Origin: an uncultured Nitrospinota bacterium
GTDB lineage: Bacteria > Tectomicrobia > Entotheonellia > J063 > CAVPRW01
Direction: 5' to 3'
DNA: 64,000 nt
NCBI GenBank assembly: GCA_963707985.1
Contig: CAVPRW010000040.1
Span: forward strand, 12,956-76,955
Shown here: in pieces, positions 10,392 to 21,065 of the stretch
Layout of the letters: the number at the start of each line of letters is the position of its first letter
How positions within the stretch are numbered: the stretch's first letter is position 1
Program-made: the position numbers and the translations under genes
The notes under the pieces: generated by a model
Told to the model about the DNA's origin: nothing
Databases searched by the model: none
What the model saw: the letters and a program-made list of their open reading frames with translations, nothing else

Positions 10392-11780
10392 GTGGCAAAG
10401 ACGGTCGGGTTGATCGGCTTGGGATGTGCGAAGAATCGGGTCGATGGCGAGGTCATGCTCGGCTTGTTGCAGCAGGCAGGCTATGAGGTGGCGGCCGATC
10501 CGGAGCAGGCGGACACCATCATCATCCATACGTGTGGCTTCATCGGCGCCGCCAAAGAGGAGTCGATCGACACCATTGTTGAGGCCGCCGAGTGGCGCAA
10601 ACGGGGCAAACGTCTGGTGGTCACCGGCTGCCTGGTACAACGCTATGCCCAGGAGTTGCGCCGCGAGCTGCCCGAGATCGATGCCTTCATGGGGACCGCC
10701 GACTTGCAGCGCATCGTCGAGGTCTGCGACACTGTGACCGCCGCGCCTTCTACTCCCCCTCGACGTCCGGCCTCACGCCGTAAGCCCGTGGAGCCGAAGG
10801 TCTGGTTAGGCGATCCGCCGTACCTCTACGATGCCGATACCCCACGCCTGCTGTCGACGCCGAGCCATTATGCCTACGTGAAAGTGGCTGAAGGTTGTAG
10901 CTATCGCTGTGCTTTCTGCAGCATTCCCTCGATGCGTGGGGATCAGCGCAGCCGCCCCATCGAATCGATTGTGCAGGAGGCCCATCACTTAGCGGCACGC
11001 GGCGTCAAGGAGCTTATCCTGATCTCCCAAAACACCACGGCCTATGGGCGCGACCTCTACGGCAAGCCGTGCCTGCCGGCCTTGTTGCGTGCCTTGGCGC
11101 AGGTCGAGGGCATTGCGTGGGTTCGTTTTCTGTACGCCTATCCGGCGGACGTCCGAGATGATGTCATCGCCACCATGGCTGAGGAACCCAAGGTTTGCAA
11201 CTACCTCGAGATGCCCTTGCAGCATTGCGATGCACGGGTATTGAAAGCGATGAACCGCGGTGGCAGTCGTGCCGAACTGGAGCAGCTGATCTCCAAGCTC
11301 CGCCACCACATCCCAGGGTTGACCTTGCGCACCACGTTCATCGTCGGCTTCCCCGGCGAAACAGCGGCGGAGTTTCGTGAGCTGAAAGCATTTGTCGAAT
11401 GGGCGCGCTTTGAGCGCATGGGGGCGTTCACCTATTCCCAGGAGGACGGTACACCAGCGGGTGGAATGACCGGCCAGATTACCACAAGGGTCAAAGAGCA
11501 GCGGCGGCATCGTTTGATGGAATGCCAGCGTGACATCTCCTGGGCGTTCAACCAAACACTCATTGGCCAACACCTACTGGTGCTGATCGACGGCTTCTCC
11601 GATGCGGAACAGATGTGGGAGGGGCGCTACGAGGGGCAGGCGCCGGAGATCGATGGCGTGGTCTACGTGCAGAGTGCACACCTCACGCCGGGAATGTTCG
11701 TGCAGGTCGAAGTGACTGAGGTCACGGAGTACGACCTGATCGGCCATCCGGTCGAAGCCCTAAATGGGCATGCCAGATGA
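10392..11780 (+). CDS. rimO: Ribosomal protein S12 methylthiotransferase RimO
   Basis: LGCAKNRVD, HTCGFI...KEESI, GCLVQRY, radical-SAM CSYRCAFC, C-terminal TRAM with APEIDG. Confidence 0.93.
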   Translation: MAKTVGLIGLGCAKNRVDGEVMLGLLQQAGYEVAADPEQADTIIIHTCGFIGAAKEESIDTIVEAAEWRKRGKRLVVTGCLVQRYAQELRRELPEIDAFMGTADLQRIVEVCDTVTAAPSTPPRRPASRRKPVEPKVWLGDPPYLYDADTPRLLSTPSHYAYVKVAEGCSYRCAFCSIPSMRGDQRSRPIESIVQEAHHLAARGVKELILISQNTTAYGRDLYGKPCLPALLRALAQVEGIAWVRFLYAYPADVRDDVIATMAEEPKVCNYLEMPLQHCDARVLKAMNRGGSRAELEQLISKLRHHIPGLTLRTTFIVGFPGETAAEFRELKAFVEWARFERMGAFTYSQEDGTPAGGMTGQITTRVKEQRRHRLMECQRDISWAFNQTLIGQHLLVLIDGFSDAEQMWEGRYEGQAPEIDGVVYVQSAHLTPGMFVQVEVTEVTEYDLIGHPVEALNGHAR

Positions 11781-12433
11781 CAGCTCAGCGACCTCTGGCA
11801 CGTGGCGTCCTGGTGGCCCTGGAGGGCATTGACGGCACGGGCAAAAGCACCCAGGCGAAACGTCTTGCCGTGCTGCTGAGCGAGCAGGGCTATGCGGTGA
11901 CCCTGTTGCGCGAACCGACGCTGAGCCCCTGGGGTCGTCGCATCCGCGAAGCGGCCACCGCGGGCTATGGCGTTTTGGCACCATCGCAAGAGTTGGAGCT
12001 GTTCCTACAGGATCGGCGCTACGATGTGGCAGCGCATATCACCCCGGCGTTAGCTGCTCGACAGCTGGTGCTGATGGATCGCTATTATTTCTCCACCATC
12101 GCCTATCAGGGGGCTTGGGGAATTGACCCCGAATACATTCGGCGTCTGAACGAGGTCTTTGCCCCGGTGCCCGATCTGGTGCTGTTGCTCATGATTCCGC
12201 CAGCGCAGGCGCTCGAACGTATTCGCCAGGCGCGGGGTCAAGCGGACGATGTGTTCGAACGGGAAGATCATCTGACCAAAGTCGATCGTGTATATCGTAC
12301 CTTGATGGGCCCCCAGGTGCACTCCGTCGATGCCAGCCAGCCGATCGAAGTCGTGACGGCAGTCATGCAGCAGAAGATTCAGGACACTCTCACCATATGC
12401 TCCCTCAGCTCTCCAGCGCAGGGGAGAGAGTAA
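11777..12433 (+). CDS. tmk: Thymidylate kinase
   Basis: EGIDGTGKST P-loop, REP, DRYYFSTIAYQG, PDL. Confidence 0.93.
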   Translation: MTAQRPLARGVLVALEGIDGTGKSTQAKRLAVLLSEQGYAVTLLREPTLSPWGRRIREAATAGYGVLAPSQELELFLQDRRYDVAAHITPALAARQLVLMDRYYFSTIAYQGAWGIDPEYIRRLNEVFAPVPDLVLLLMIPPAQALERIRQARGQADDVFEREDHLTKVDRVYRTLMGPQVHSVDASQPIEVVTAVMQQKIQDTLTICSLSSPAQGRE

Positions 12434-12529
12434 CCTTTCCTCTCCTAATCAAGGGAAGAGGATTAAGGTGAGGCGGCGGTCCTCGCTGAAACGCCGGCCC
12501 GCAGCTTGGCGTAGGGTTCGGAAACAGCC

Positions 12530-13759
12530 ATGCACCAAGAGCTGGACGGATGGGTCATCGCAAATCTCTTTTTGATCCTGTTCATTGGGGTGGCTGATTA
12601 TCAAATCATTGCCCCACTGCTGCCGGCCATTGCAGCCTTCCTGGGGGTCAGTGTCAGCGTCACAGGACTGCTGGTGGTGGTCTACTCGTTGGCTGCGGCA
12701 GGTGCGGCTCTGGTGGCGGGTGTTTGGTCGGACCGCTTGGGCCGCAACGTCTTCCTGACGGGGGGGCTGCTGGTGTTCTCCCTGAGTTCGTTGGCCACGG
12801 CCTACGCGGCGGACTTGGGGTGGTTGCTGCTATGCCGGATCCTGACGGGCATGGCGGCCGGGGTCCTATCGGCCTGCTCGATCGCTTACGCCGGGGATTA
12901 TTTCGCCTACCGGATTCGCGGACAGGTGCTGGGATACATCTCCATGGCCAATTGGGCTGCCACGGTCGTGGTGGTCCCCGTGGCGGCCTACGTGGCTGAG
13001 CGCCTGGGCTGGCAGAAAAACTTCCTCGGACTGGCTATTGCCGGGTTGGGTGTCAGCATGTTGAACTTCGTCTGCCTGCCGCGGCTCCGCCCTCACCGCT
13101 CGGCGGCGGAGCATCTCTCCGCCAGGGAGCTTGACAGTGCCTGTGCCGCAAGGCGGCCCGCTGGCACGGCGCGCAGCTTTCTCTCGTGCCCTGACCTCAT
13201 CGGCTGCTTGGTCATCGCCTTTTGTGTGTCTGGGGGCATCGTTGGAGCGACTACGTATGCCGGCGCCTGGATGAATGTGCAGTTTCGAGTGACTACGCGG
13301 GTCATCGGGCTGGTCTTTCTGGCCGGAGGCCTGATGGCGCTGGTGGGAGCCGCCCTGGGGGGTGCGGCGTCAGACCGGTACGGCAAGAAGTCGGTGGGCA
13401 TTGCTAGCAGCGTCCTGCTGGCCCTCTCCTTAGGGCTCCTGCCGTTACTGCCGTGGAGCGGTCTCCTCGTGGGTGTATTCGCCCTTGCCAACTTCGCGGC
13501 GGCGTGCCGGCAGGGGCCGGTGACCGCGCTGATGACTGAACTGGCGCCGTTGCAGGGGCGGGGGGCCTTCATTGCGATGCGCAACGCGGCTTCCCAGATC
13601 GGCATTGCCACCACGGCGTTGCTTGGTGGCATCCTGTTCGAACGGTTTGGCTACGGCGGCGTGGGGGTTCTCTGTACGGCGCTGACTCTGGTCGTGGTCC
13701 TCCTGCTCAGTATACAGATTCAAGAGCCCCTCGGTGGATCGGGATTCGATCCGAAATAA
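12530..13759 (+). CDS. MFS transporter
   Basis: WSDRLGR and ASDRYGKK motif A copies, about 12 TM. Confidence 0.88.
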   Translation: MHQELDGWVIANLFLILFIGVADYQIIAPLLPAIAAFLGVSVSVTGLLVVVYSLAAAGAALVAGVWSDRLGRNVFLTGGLLVFSLSSLATAYAADLGWLLLCRILTGMAAGVLSACSIAYAGDYFAYRIRGQVLGYISMANWAATVVVVPVAAYVAERLGWQKNFLGLAIAGLGVSMLNFVCLPRLRPHRSAAEHLSARELDSACAARRPAGTARSFLSCPDLIGCLVIAFCVSGGIVGATTYAGAWMNVQFRVTTRVIGLVFLAGGLMALVGAALGGAASDRYGKKSVGIASSVLLALSLGLLPLLPWSGLLVGVFALANFAAACRQGPVTALMTELAPLQGRGAFIAMRNAASQIGIATTALLGGILFERFGYGGVGVLCTALTLVVVLLLSIQIQEPLGGSGFDPK

Positions 13760-13973
13760 GGAGATCCCATGGCCGTTCCTCCAGGCGGCAAGCATCCTGA
13801 CCTGCGAAGCCTTCTCCGCGGCCGCTGATCCCAACTACTGAAGACGCCGGCCGGGTGGCCGGTCGCCCTTACATAGGGCATATTCATCTGAGATGACGGG
13901 CCAAGATTCTGTGGAAGAGCGGCACGCGGGAGGTGGGATATGGCGGGACCACGGATGCGCAACGGAGGTGTCT

Positions 13974-15783
13974 ATGGCACTTGACGAATGCGACCTGCGC
14001 ACATGGGTGCGTCGAGTGGCAACCGGGGAGGCGAACCGCCGGGGATTCATCCGCGCCATGCTGGGGCTTGGCCTCTCAGGATCCCTCATCGCGGAGATGC
14101 TTGCGACGCATACGTCCGCAATAGCTCAGGGGATCAGAGTCGCACAACCAACCTTCACCCCAACCCGGCGCGGGGGTGGGGGGAAGCTGCGACTACTGTA
14201 TTGGCAGGCGCCTACGATCCTCAACGCCCACTTCGCCGCCGGCACGAAGGACGTTGCGGCTTCGCGCGTCGTCTACGAACCGTTGTTCTCCATCGATCCC
14301 GATGGCGATTTCATCCCGAGTCCTAGCGGAGGAGATCCCCAGCGTCGAGAACGGCAGCCGCTCGCAGGATGGCACCTGGACGATCTGGCGCCTCAAACAG
14401 GGGGTGGTCTGGCACGACGGCAAGCCCTTCACCGCCGACGATGTGATCTTCACCTGGGAGTATGCCACCGACCCGGCCACGGCCACCACCAGCCGCGGGA
14501 TGTATGAAAATATCCGCCGCATCGAGAAGCTCGACGACCAGACAATCAAGGTGGTGTTTGCCGAACCCAGCCCCTCGCTGGCACGAAGCCGGCCGCGGGC
14601 AGATTCTGCCCAGGCACCTCTTCGCCGAGTACACAGGGGCAACGCGCGCACGAGGCACCGTATAATCTCAAACCGGTGGGCACCGGGCCGTACAAGATCG
14701 TCGACATTCAGGCCGGGGGATGTGGTACTCTATGAGATCAATCCGCACTATCACGTGCCCAACCGGCCCTTCTTCGACACCGTCGAGCTGAAGGGGGGCG
14801 GAGATGCCATCTCCGCGGCGCGAGCTGTGCTCCAGACGGGCGAGTTCGATTTCGCCTGGAATACCCAGATCGATAAGGACGTCATGGAGCGGCTGGAACA
14901 ACAGGGGCGTACGGGTGCGTTTCGGATGTTCCCTGGCACGAGTGTCGAGCACATTAGGCTCAATCGCACCGACCCGTGGACCGAGGTGGATGGCGAGCGC
15001 AGCAGCGTCAAGGCGCCGCATCCCTTTTTCACCGACCACCTGGTGCGGCAGGCCTATGCGGCAGCTGTGGATCGGCGGACCATCGCCGAGCAACTCTACG
15101 GCGCGGCCGGCCAACCCACCAGCAACTTCCTCAACGCCCCCAAGCAGTTTAGTCACCGAATACCCGCTGGGAGTTCGATCTCGAAAAAGCTGCACAGTTG
15201 TTGGAGCAGGCCGGCTGGAGGCGGGGGCGCGACGGCATGCGCGTCAAGGAGGGCCGACGCATGAAGGTCCTGTTCCAGAGCTCAGCCAATCAGGTCCGCC
15301 AGAAGACGCAGGCCATCGTGAAGAATGCTCTGGAGCGGATCGGCGTCGAGGTCGAGCTAAAGGCGGTGCCGGCGAACGTCTTTTTCGCCAGCGACCCGGG
15401 TAATCCCGATACATTCTCCCATTTTTACGCGGATATGCAGCTGGTTTGCCAATAGCCTTGGGTTCGATCCGCAGGGTCCGATGCGCTTCTTCGTGAGCTG
15501 GGAGATCGCGCAAAAGGCCAACAACTGGGCCGGCCGGAACGTCGTACGCTGGACCAACGCCGAGTACGATCGCCTCTGGAAGCAAGCGGAGACCGAGCTG
15601 GACCCGGTCAACCGCGCCGCACTCTTCATTCGGATGAACGATCTCTTGATCGAGGATGTGGTGGTCATCCCGATGGTCTGGCGTCAGGAGGTGTCCGCGG
15701 TGAGCCATACATTACGGGGCATGGCGTTGAGCCCCTGGGACGTGATTCTTTGGGATCTGGCGTTTTGGTACCGGGAGGTATAG
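13974..15783 (+). CDS. Peptide/nickel ABC substrate-binding protein (family 5), Tat-like leader, several frameshifts
   Basis: NRRGFI leader, WQAPTILN, VVWHDGKPFTADDV, AVDRRTIAEQLYG spread over 4-5 ORF pieces. Confidence 0.8.
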
Positions 15784-15805
15784 GCGAACGCCCCCACCAT
15801 TGAGT

Positions 15806-15840
15806 CCCCTCTCCCTCTGGGAGAGGGTTAGGGTGAGGGT
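15806..15840. repeat. REP-like palindromic element
   Basis: CCCTCTCCC-tct-GGGAGAGGG-TTAGGGTGAGGG, almost identical to the copy at 18603. Confidence 0.75.
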
Positions 15841-15850
15841 AGGGGGGAAA

Positions 15851-16810
15851 ATGTACCAATATCTCTTGCGCCGGCTCCTGATCGCTGTTCCCACCGTGCT
15901 GGGGATCAGCGCGGTGCTCTTCAGCATCCTGGCCTTGGCGCCCGGCGATCCCTTCGAGGAGATGGCACTCAATCCGGACATCCCGGCCGAGGTGCGTCTG
16001 CAGCTGCGGCACCAATTCGGTCTTGATGAGCCGCTACCCCTGCGCTATCTCCAATGGTTGACAGCCATGCTGCGGGGGGAGTGGGGCTATTCCTTCGCCA
16101 GTCGGGTCGACGTCGTCGTACTGATCTGGCAGCGACTGCCGACCACCCTCTTCGTGCTCGGCACAGCCTATGGGCTTGCCCTCTGCATCGCCCTCCCGGT
16201 GGGGGTCGTCTCGGCGGTCAAGCCGTACTCTCTCTTCGACAATCTCGCGACGACCTTCGCCTTCATCGGCCACTCCCTGCCAACGTTTTTCACGGGGCTG
16301 CTCTTCATCCTCCTCTTCAGCCTCCACCTGGGGTGGTTCCCCTTCATTTACAGCACGACCATCGAGGCCAAGGGCCTGGCGTGGGTCATCGAGCATTTGC
16401 GGCAGGGGGCGATGCCCATTGCGGTCCTGGGCCTGTTCGAGTCAGCCACGCTCACGCGCTTCATACGGGCCGCGATGCTGGATGTCATTCACCAGGATTT
16501 CGTGACCACAGCCAGGGCCAAGGGGCTGTCCGAGCGGCGCACTGTCCTGGGCCACGTGCTGCGCAATGCACTCATTCCGGTCGTCACTGTAGTCGCGCTC
16601 CAAGTGCCTGGCATCTTCACAGGGGCGGTGATCACGGAGCAAATCTTCCGTGTGCCGGGCATCGGCTCACTGTTAATCACCGCCATTCAAAGCTCTGACA
16701 CCCCGGTGGTGATGGCCATTACCTTCATCTATGCGATCCTCATCGTCGTGTTCAACGTGATCGCCGATATCGTCTATGGGCTGTTGGACCCCCGCATTAC
16801 GTATGGCTAG
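15851..16810 (+). CDS. Peptide ABC transporter permease (DppB/OppB-like)
   Basis: YLLRRLL..., TARAKGL, HVLRNALIPVVT, LLDPRI. Confidence 0.92.
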   Translation: MYQYLLRRLLIAVPTVLGISAVLFSILALAPGDPFEEMALNPDIPAEVRLQLRHQFGLDEPLPLRYLQWLTAMLRGEWGYSFASRVDVVVLIWQRLPTTLFVLGTAYGLALCIALPVGVVSAVKPYSLFDNLATTFAFIGHSLPTFFTGLLFILLFSLHLGWFPFIYSTTIEAKGLAWVIEHLRQGAMPIAVLGLFESATLTRFIRAAMLDVIHQDFVTTARAKGLSERRTVLGHVLRNALIPVVTVVALQVPGIFTGAVITEQIFRVPGIGSLLITAIQSSDTPVVMAITFIYAILIVVFNVIADIVYGLLDPRITYG

Positions 16811-16949
16811 GAACAACCCATGGATACAGACCGCAGCAAGAGGGACCACGAGCCCATCCCTTGTACGCCGACAGCCGTGTACCTGGGATGCGGAGTAGGT
16901 CTTGATAATGTGGTAGGCTTCAGTGGGATGAAATCAAGGGGAGGCGAAC

Positions 16950-17498
16950 ATGAAGAATGTCACCTATGCGTGCCTGTTGTTCTGCGGTGTCGTAGTCGCC
17001 GTCACTGCGTCTCCGCTCTTCGCGCAAGGCACCGCGTCTAACATGGCCAAAGAACTCGTAGCGGACTGGGACAGGGAAACTGCCAGCATTCTCGAGATCG
17101 CCGAAGCGATGCCCGAGGAACGTTATGATTTCAAGCCGACACCGGAGATGCCAACGTTCAGCGAGCAGTTGGTCCACACCGCCGCCGTCGTGCAGCGCTA
17201 CATCGACACCGCGAAAGGCACCAAGAGCGAGGCGGGGCAGCCGCACAAGACCATGTCGAAGGCGGAAGCCATTGGTCTCTTGAAGCAAACGTTTCAAGCA
17301 GGCAAGGAGATGTTTGTCTCCCTGACCGATGCCCAGCTGCTTGAGCAAGTGAAGCTTCCTGTCGGGGACCGGATGGTAACCCGCTACAGGTTCTGGATAG
17401 GGCCGCTCCAACAGTTTGCCTATCACCACGGACAGCTCGTCATCTATCTACGCATGAACGGCATCGTCCCCCCTGCGACCGCCCGGCGGGCCAGGTAA
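16950..17498 (+). CDS. Exported DinB-family protein
   Basis: Signal peptide; AEAMPEERYDFKPTPE..FSEQLVH; YHHGQLVIYLRMNGIVPP. Confidence 0.8.
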   Translation: MKNVTYACLLFCGVVVAVTASPLFAQGTASNMAKELVADWDRETASILEIAEAMPEERYDFKPTPEMPTFSEQLVHTAAVVQRYIDTAKGTKSEAGQPHKTMSKAEAIGLLKQTFQAGKEMFVSLTDAQLLEQVKLPVGDRMVTRYRFWIGPLQQFAYHHGQLVIYLRMNGIVPPATARRAR

Positions 17499-17758
17499 AC
17501 TCAGGGCGGACCGCGATCCCTCAATCCCTCCTCGCTCTGGGGGCGAGAGACAGACTCGGTCTCATCGAGTCACACCGGGCGGGTCGTTTGATTCTTTTGG
17601 AAGCAGCTCACTAGGAGGTGCTTCCGATCCCGATTTTGGGAGCGAGGATTGAGATGAGGGAGATGCAGGGAATTTTTCAGTGTGGCAGGTGATCTCTATC
17701 TACAGCAGGATCATCGGCAGTGACATAGGAGCGAACCCACAAGCGAGGAGGTGGATGC

Positions 17759-18559
17759 ATGCAGAAACACGGCGGCATGATGCTGGTCGGTCTGAGTGCA
17801 ATCGTCGTATTCATTGGCCTGTCTGGGAGGGTGGCCGCCTATCCTACTGGTCCGACACTGTTCGTCACAGACCTGACTCCTACCTGTGCAACCTGCCATT
17901 CGATGATCAAAGCTGAGTACACGCCAGAGCGGCCCGCAGACTTCTCGACAGGCGAGTTGCCCGTCAACAAGCACTATAAAGCCCTCGAATCTGCCGACAA
18001 AGGCTACAAGTTGGTCCCCGAGGATAAGCGGAAAGCCATTTTGGAACTGGTGAAGTGGGTGGACGAGAACTCCAGCGTAACCCTCAAGGCACCTACCACC
18101 GCGAAGCCAGGTCAAACGATCGAGGTGACCGTGGAGACCAAGGGGGGCATTGGGCCGGTGGTCGGTGTCTTTCTGGTGGACCTGCCTCTACGTTTCCAGG
18201 CTCGTCCAATTGCATCCGACGGCTGGTACGTGGTGGGTAAGCCTACGGTGATCGGGGCTGATGGCAAAGAGCAAACCTGGTGGCTCGATAAGCGGGCGAA
18301 TGAAAAGAAAAATCTGAGCTTCGTACTGGTGCAGGAGAAGGCGGACATCGAGAAAAAGATCCTTCCAACCGCTAAGGTTACCTGGACCTTGCGGGCGCCG
18401 ATCGATCTGGGTACGTATACGATCACCGCGGCCTTTCTCCACGGCACGGAGGATCCCGACGAGATGAAAAGCGGGAAGTTGGAGGAGCCGCCGGGTGGTC
18501 GCTCAGGGCCCTCGGGGCGTATTAGATTCTCTGAGCCGGTGACGGTGGCGGTGAAGTAG
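17759..18559 (+). CDS. Exported monoheme c-type cytochrome with beta-rich C-terminal domain
   Basis: Signal peptide ending VAA-Y; single CATCH motif. Confidence 0.6.
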   Translation: MQKHGGMMLVGLSAIVVFIGLSGRVAAYPTGPTLFVTDLTPTCATCHSMIKAEYTPERPADFSTGELPVNKHYKALESADKGYKLVPEDKRKAILELVKWVDENSSVTLKAPTTAKPGQTIEVTVETKGGIGPVVGVFLVDLPLRFQARPIASDGWYVVGKPTVIGADGKEQTWWLDKRANEKKNLSFVLVQEKADIEKKILPTAKVTWTLRAPIDLGTYTITAAFLHGTEDPDEMKSGKLEEPPGGRSGPSGRIRFSEPVTVAVK

Positions 18560-18602
18560 GACCTCCTGCCCTCGCCTGCCCCGAAGCGGGTAGGTTTTTC
18601 GT

Positions 18603-18696
18603 CCCCTCTCCCTGTGGGAGAGGGTTAGGGTGAGGGAGAGATGATGACCTCGCAGAATTTCCCTCACCCCCGTCCTCTGCCGGTGGTCGAGGAGGC
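18603..18696. repeat. Paired inverted REP-like elements
   Basis: CCCTCTCCCtgtGGGAGAGGGTTAGGGTGAGGG followed by a degenerate inverted copy CCCTCACCCC..CCTCTGCC. Confidence 0.7.
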
Positions 18697-18713
18697 CAAT
18701 ATCTCACAACAGA

Positions 18714-19289
18714 GTGGGGGCAGGTGTGCGCTGGTTGAAGTGGACTGGTGTTCTGCTAGCCTTTGGTTTCGTGAGCTTTGTGGCATCGATGGAAATAACC
18801 GATTACCTCGAAGAGGATAATCACTTCTGCATCGCCTGTCATCTGCATGGGGACATCTTCAACAACTTCATGACCGATACCCCGCGGTTAGTGGCGCTGG
18901 CTGGCGCCCACAATCACAAAGGGGAGGTCAAATGCATCGACTGCCATATTGGGGCGACTCACACCGACAAGCTTATCGTCAAAGCCATGGCCGGATGGGA
19001 TACCGTTCAATACTTCATTGGCAATTTCAAAGAGCCCGATCATCTGCGTTTTCCCCTGGGCGATCGTACTTGCCTCAAGTGTCACACGCATGGCGGGCAG
19101 TCGGAGACGCGCGCGGGTGCTTTTCACAACGACCGCAACCACCGCAACATGCCATTTGAGTGTGTCACCTGTCATCAGTCACATCCGGTCCGTGACCCCT
19201 CGGTACTGTTTCTGGATGAGGCGATTGTCCGCCCCGTCTGCCATGAATGCCATAAGGAGGATAGTGGAGAGGAGAGCGGCGAGGGCTAA
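18714..19289 (+). CDS. Membrane-anchored pentaheme cytochrome c (NapC/NirT-like N-terminus)
   Basis: N-terminal TM; CIACH, CIDCH, CLKCH, CVTCH, CHECH. Confidence 0.85.
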   Translation: MGAGVRWLKWTGVLLAFGFVSFVASMEITDYLEEDNHFCIACHLHGDIFNNFMTDTPRLVALAGAHNHKGEVKCIDCHIGATHTDKLIVKAMAGWDTVQYFIGNFKEPDHLRFPLGDRTCLKCHTHGGQSETRAGAFHNDRNHRNMPFECVTCHQSHPVRDPSVLFLDEAIVRPVCHECHKEDSGEESGEG

Positions 19290-19416
19290 CATGTTGGGAA
19301 AAACCGACGCTTGACTTTTCGCAGATGCCTTTGGTAAAGTGGCCAACGGTGGGAGGAGCCGAGTCCACCGAGGCTGTTGGAGGAGAGGCGGTCACAGTAT
19401 AAGGAGGGGACACACG

Positions 19417-19563
19417 ATGAAACTCGTGGCGACGGTACTAGTGGCCGCCTTTGTGTTAGCAGGAGGTATGTCCATCGCGTTTGCCGACTGTGCCGGGCAT
19501 AACAAGGCCCAACTGGTGCAGACCGACGATGTCGCAAACGATTGGCGATCGACAGGCCAATAA
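19417..19563 (+). CDS. Small exported protein (may extend to about 19639 if frameshifted)
   Basis: RBS AAGGAGG; signal peptide ending AFA followed by DCAGHNK. Confidence 0.55.
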   Translation: MKLVATVLVAAFVLAGGMSIAFADCAGHNKAQLVQTDDVANDWRSTGQ

Positions 19564-19670
19564 TAACGAAGCGCGAGCTGCCGGGCCGGAAAAAGTGGTT
19601 CAGCAGACGAAGAACGTTAAATCCCTCGAAAAAAAGTAATCTTTTGGATCACATTCCGCATTCGAGCCAT

Positions 19671-19708
19671 CGAGAAAGCCCAATTGCGAGAGCAGTTGGG
19701 CTTTCTCG
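19671..19708. terminator. Stem-loop, possible terminator
   Basis: CGAGAAAGCCCAATTGC-GAGA-GCAGTTGGGCTTTCTCG. Confidence 0.55.
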
Positions 19709-19721
19709 TTAGGGGTAGCGT

Positions 19722-21065
19722 ATGGAGCGACGTGGGTGTCGCAGACTTATCATGTTGCTGATGACCTCTCTCATCATCGGCTGCAGTGTGGGATGGGCGG
19801 GAGAAGCATTTCACTTGGACATCAATGAGTTTCGATTGGATAATGGCCTCCAAGTCCTGATCCTGGAAGATCATGCCGTGCCGCTGGTGACAGTGCAAGC
19901 CTGGTACCGCGTCGGCTCGCGCAACGAACGCCCGGGCATCACGGGCATCTCCCACTTCCTCGAGCACATGATGTTCAAAGGCACGCCAAAATATGGCCCG
20001 GGGCTGTATACGCAATTGATCCAGCGCTACGGCGGCACCCAGAATGCCTTTACCTCTTATGACATGACGGCTTATTACTCAGTGTTGCCGGCCGCCCGCC
20101 TGGAGTTGGCTCTCGACCTTGAGGCCGACCGGATGGCGCATCTGCTGCTTGATCCGCAGGAAATCAAAGCCGAGCGCGAAGTGGTGAAGGAGGAGCGGCG
20201 GTTGCGAGAGAATGCCCCCACGGGACCGATGTACGAAGTTTTGGGTGCCCTGGCCTACAAGGCTCACCCTTATCACTGGCCAACCATCGGCTGGATGAGC
20301 GATATCGAGTCTATCACCCGCGAGGAACTGGAAGCCCACTACAAGACCTATTATATTCCGAACAATGCCACGGTGATTATCGTTGGGGATGTCGACACCA
20401 GCAACACGATGGCGGCTGTACGTCGCTACTTCGAATCGCTTCCTCAGGGAGCACCGCCGCCGCCTGTGCGTCCCCCAGAGCCCCCGCAATTGGGTGAGCA
20501 CCGCGCCGAGATTCCACGGCCGACGGCACTTGCCGCCCTGGCCATGGCCTATCATATCCCGGCCTTTGATCATGCCGATGCCTTGCCCCTTGAAGTGTTG
20601 GGCCAGATTCTCAGCCAGGGGCAAAGCTCTCGACTGTACCATGACTTGGTGTACCAGCGCCAGATAGCCACGTCCATCAGTGCCACCGCTGACTTGCGCG
20701 TTGATCCGGGTGTGTTTACCATCGTCTCGATGGTGCAGGCTGGGAAAACACCGGGGGAGGTTGAGGCAGCAGTTTACGAGCAACTCGAACAGGTGACCGC
20801 GGAGTCGATCGCCGACCGCGAGCTAGAAAAGGCGATCAACCAGGCGGTGAGCGGGTTTGTGTTCCGGCAAGACTCAATCCAGCAGCAGGCGTTCACCATC
20901 GGGTCGTTTCACATCCTGCAGTCATATAAGGTCATCAACGAGTATATCGAGCGCTTACGAAGCGTGACCAAACAGGATGTCGCCCGCGTGGCGCGGACCT
21001 ATCTCACCAAAACCAATCGCACTGTGGTAACTATCGTGCCGATGAGTCCCCCAAAGGCGGGCTAA
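19722..21065 (+). CDS. M16B zinc peptidase, catalytic subunit
   Basis: Inverted zinc motif HFLEH, NAFTS, EREVVKEE; signal peptide. Confidence 0.92.
   Translation: MERRGCRRLIMLLMTSLIIGCSVGWAGEAFHLDINEFRLDNGLQVLILEDHAVPLVTVQAWYRVGSRNERPGITGISHFLEHMMFKGTPKYGPGLYTQLIQRYGGTQNAFTSYDMTAYYSVLPAARLELALDLEADRMAHLLLDPQEIKAEREVVKEERRLRENAPTGPMYEVLGALAYKAHPYHWPTIGWMSDIESITREELEAHYKTYYIPNNATVIIVGDVDTSNTMAAVRRYFESLPQGAPPPPVRPPEPPQLGEHRAEIPRPTALAALAMAYHIPAFDHADALPLEVLGQILSQGQSSRLYHDLVYQRQIATSISATADLRVDPGVFTIVSMVQAGKTPGEVEAAVYEQLEQVTAESIADRELEKAINQAVSGFVFRQDSIQQQAFTIGSFHILQSYKVINEYIERLRSVTKQDVARVARTYLTKTNRTVVTIVPMSPPKAG

Noticed and set aside
13769..13828. 19-aa ORF with strong RBS after the MFS gene
   Set aside because: Too short to assign; no recognisable motif; probably a gene stub.
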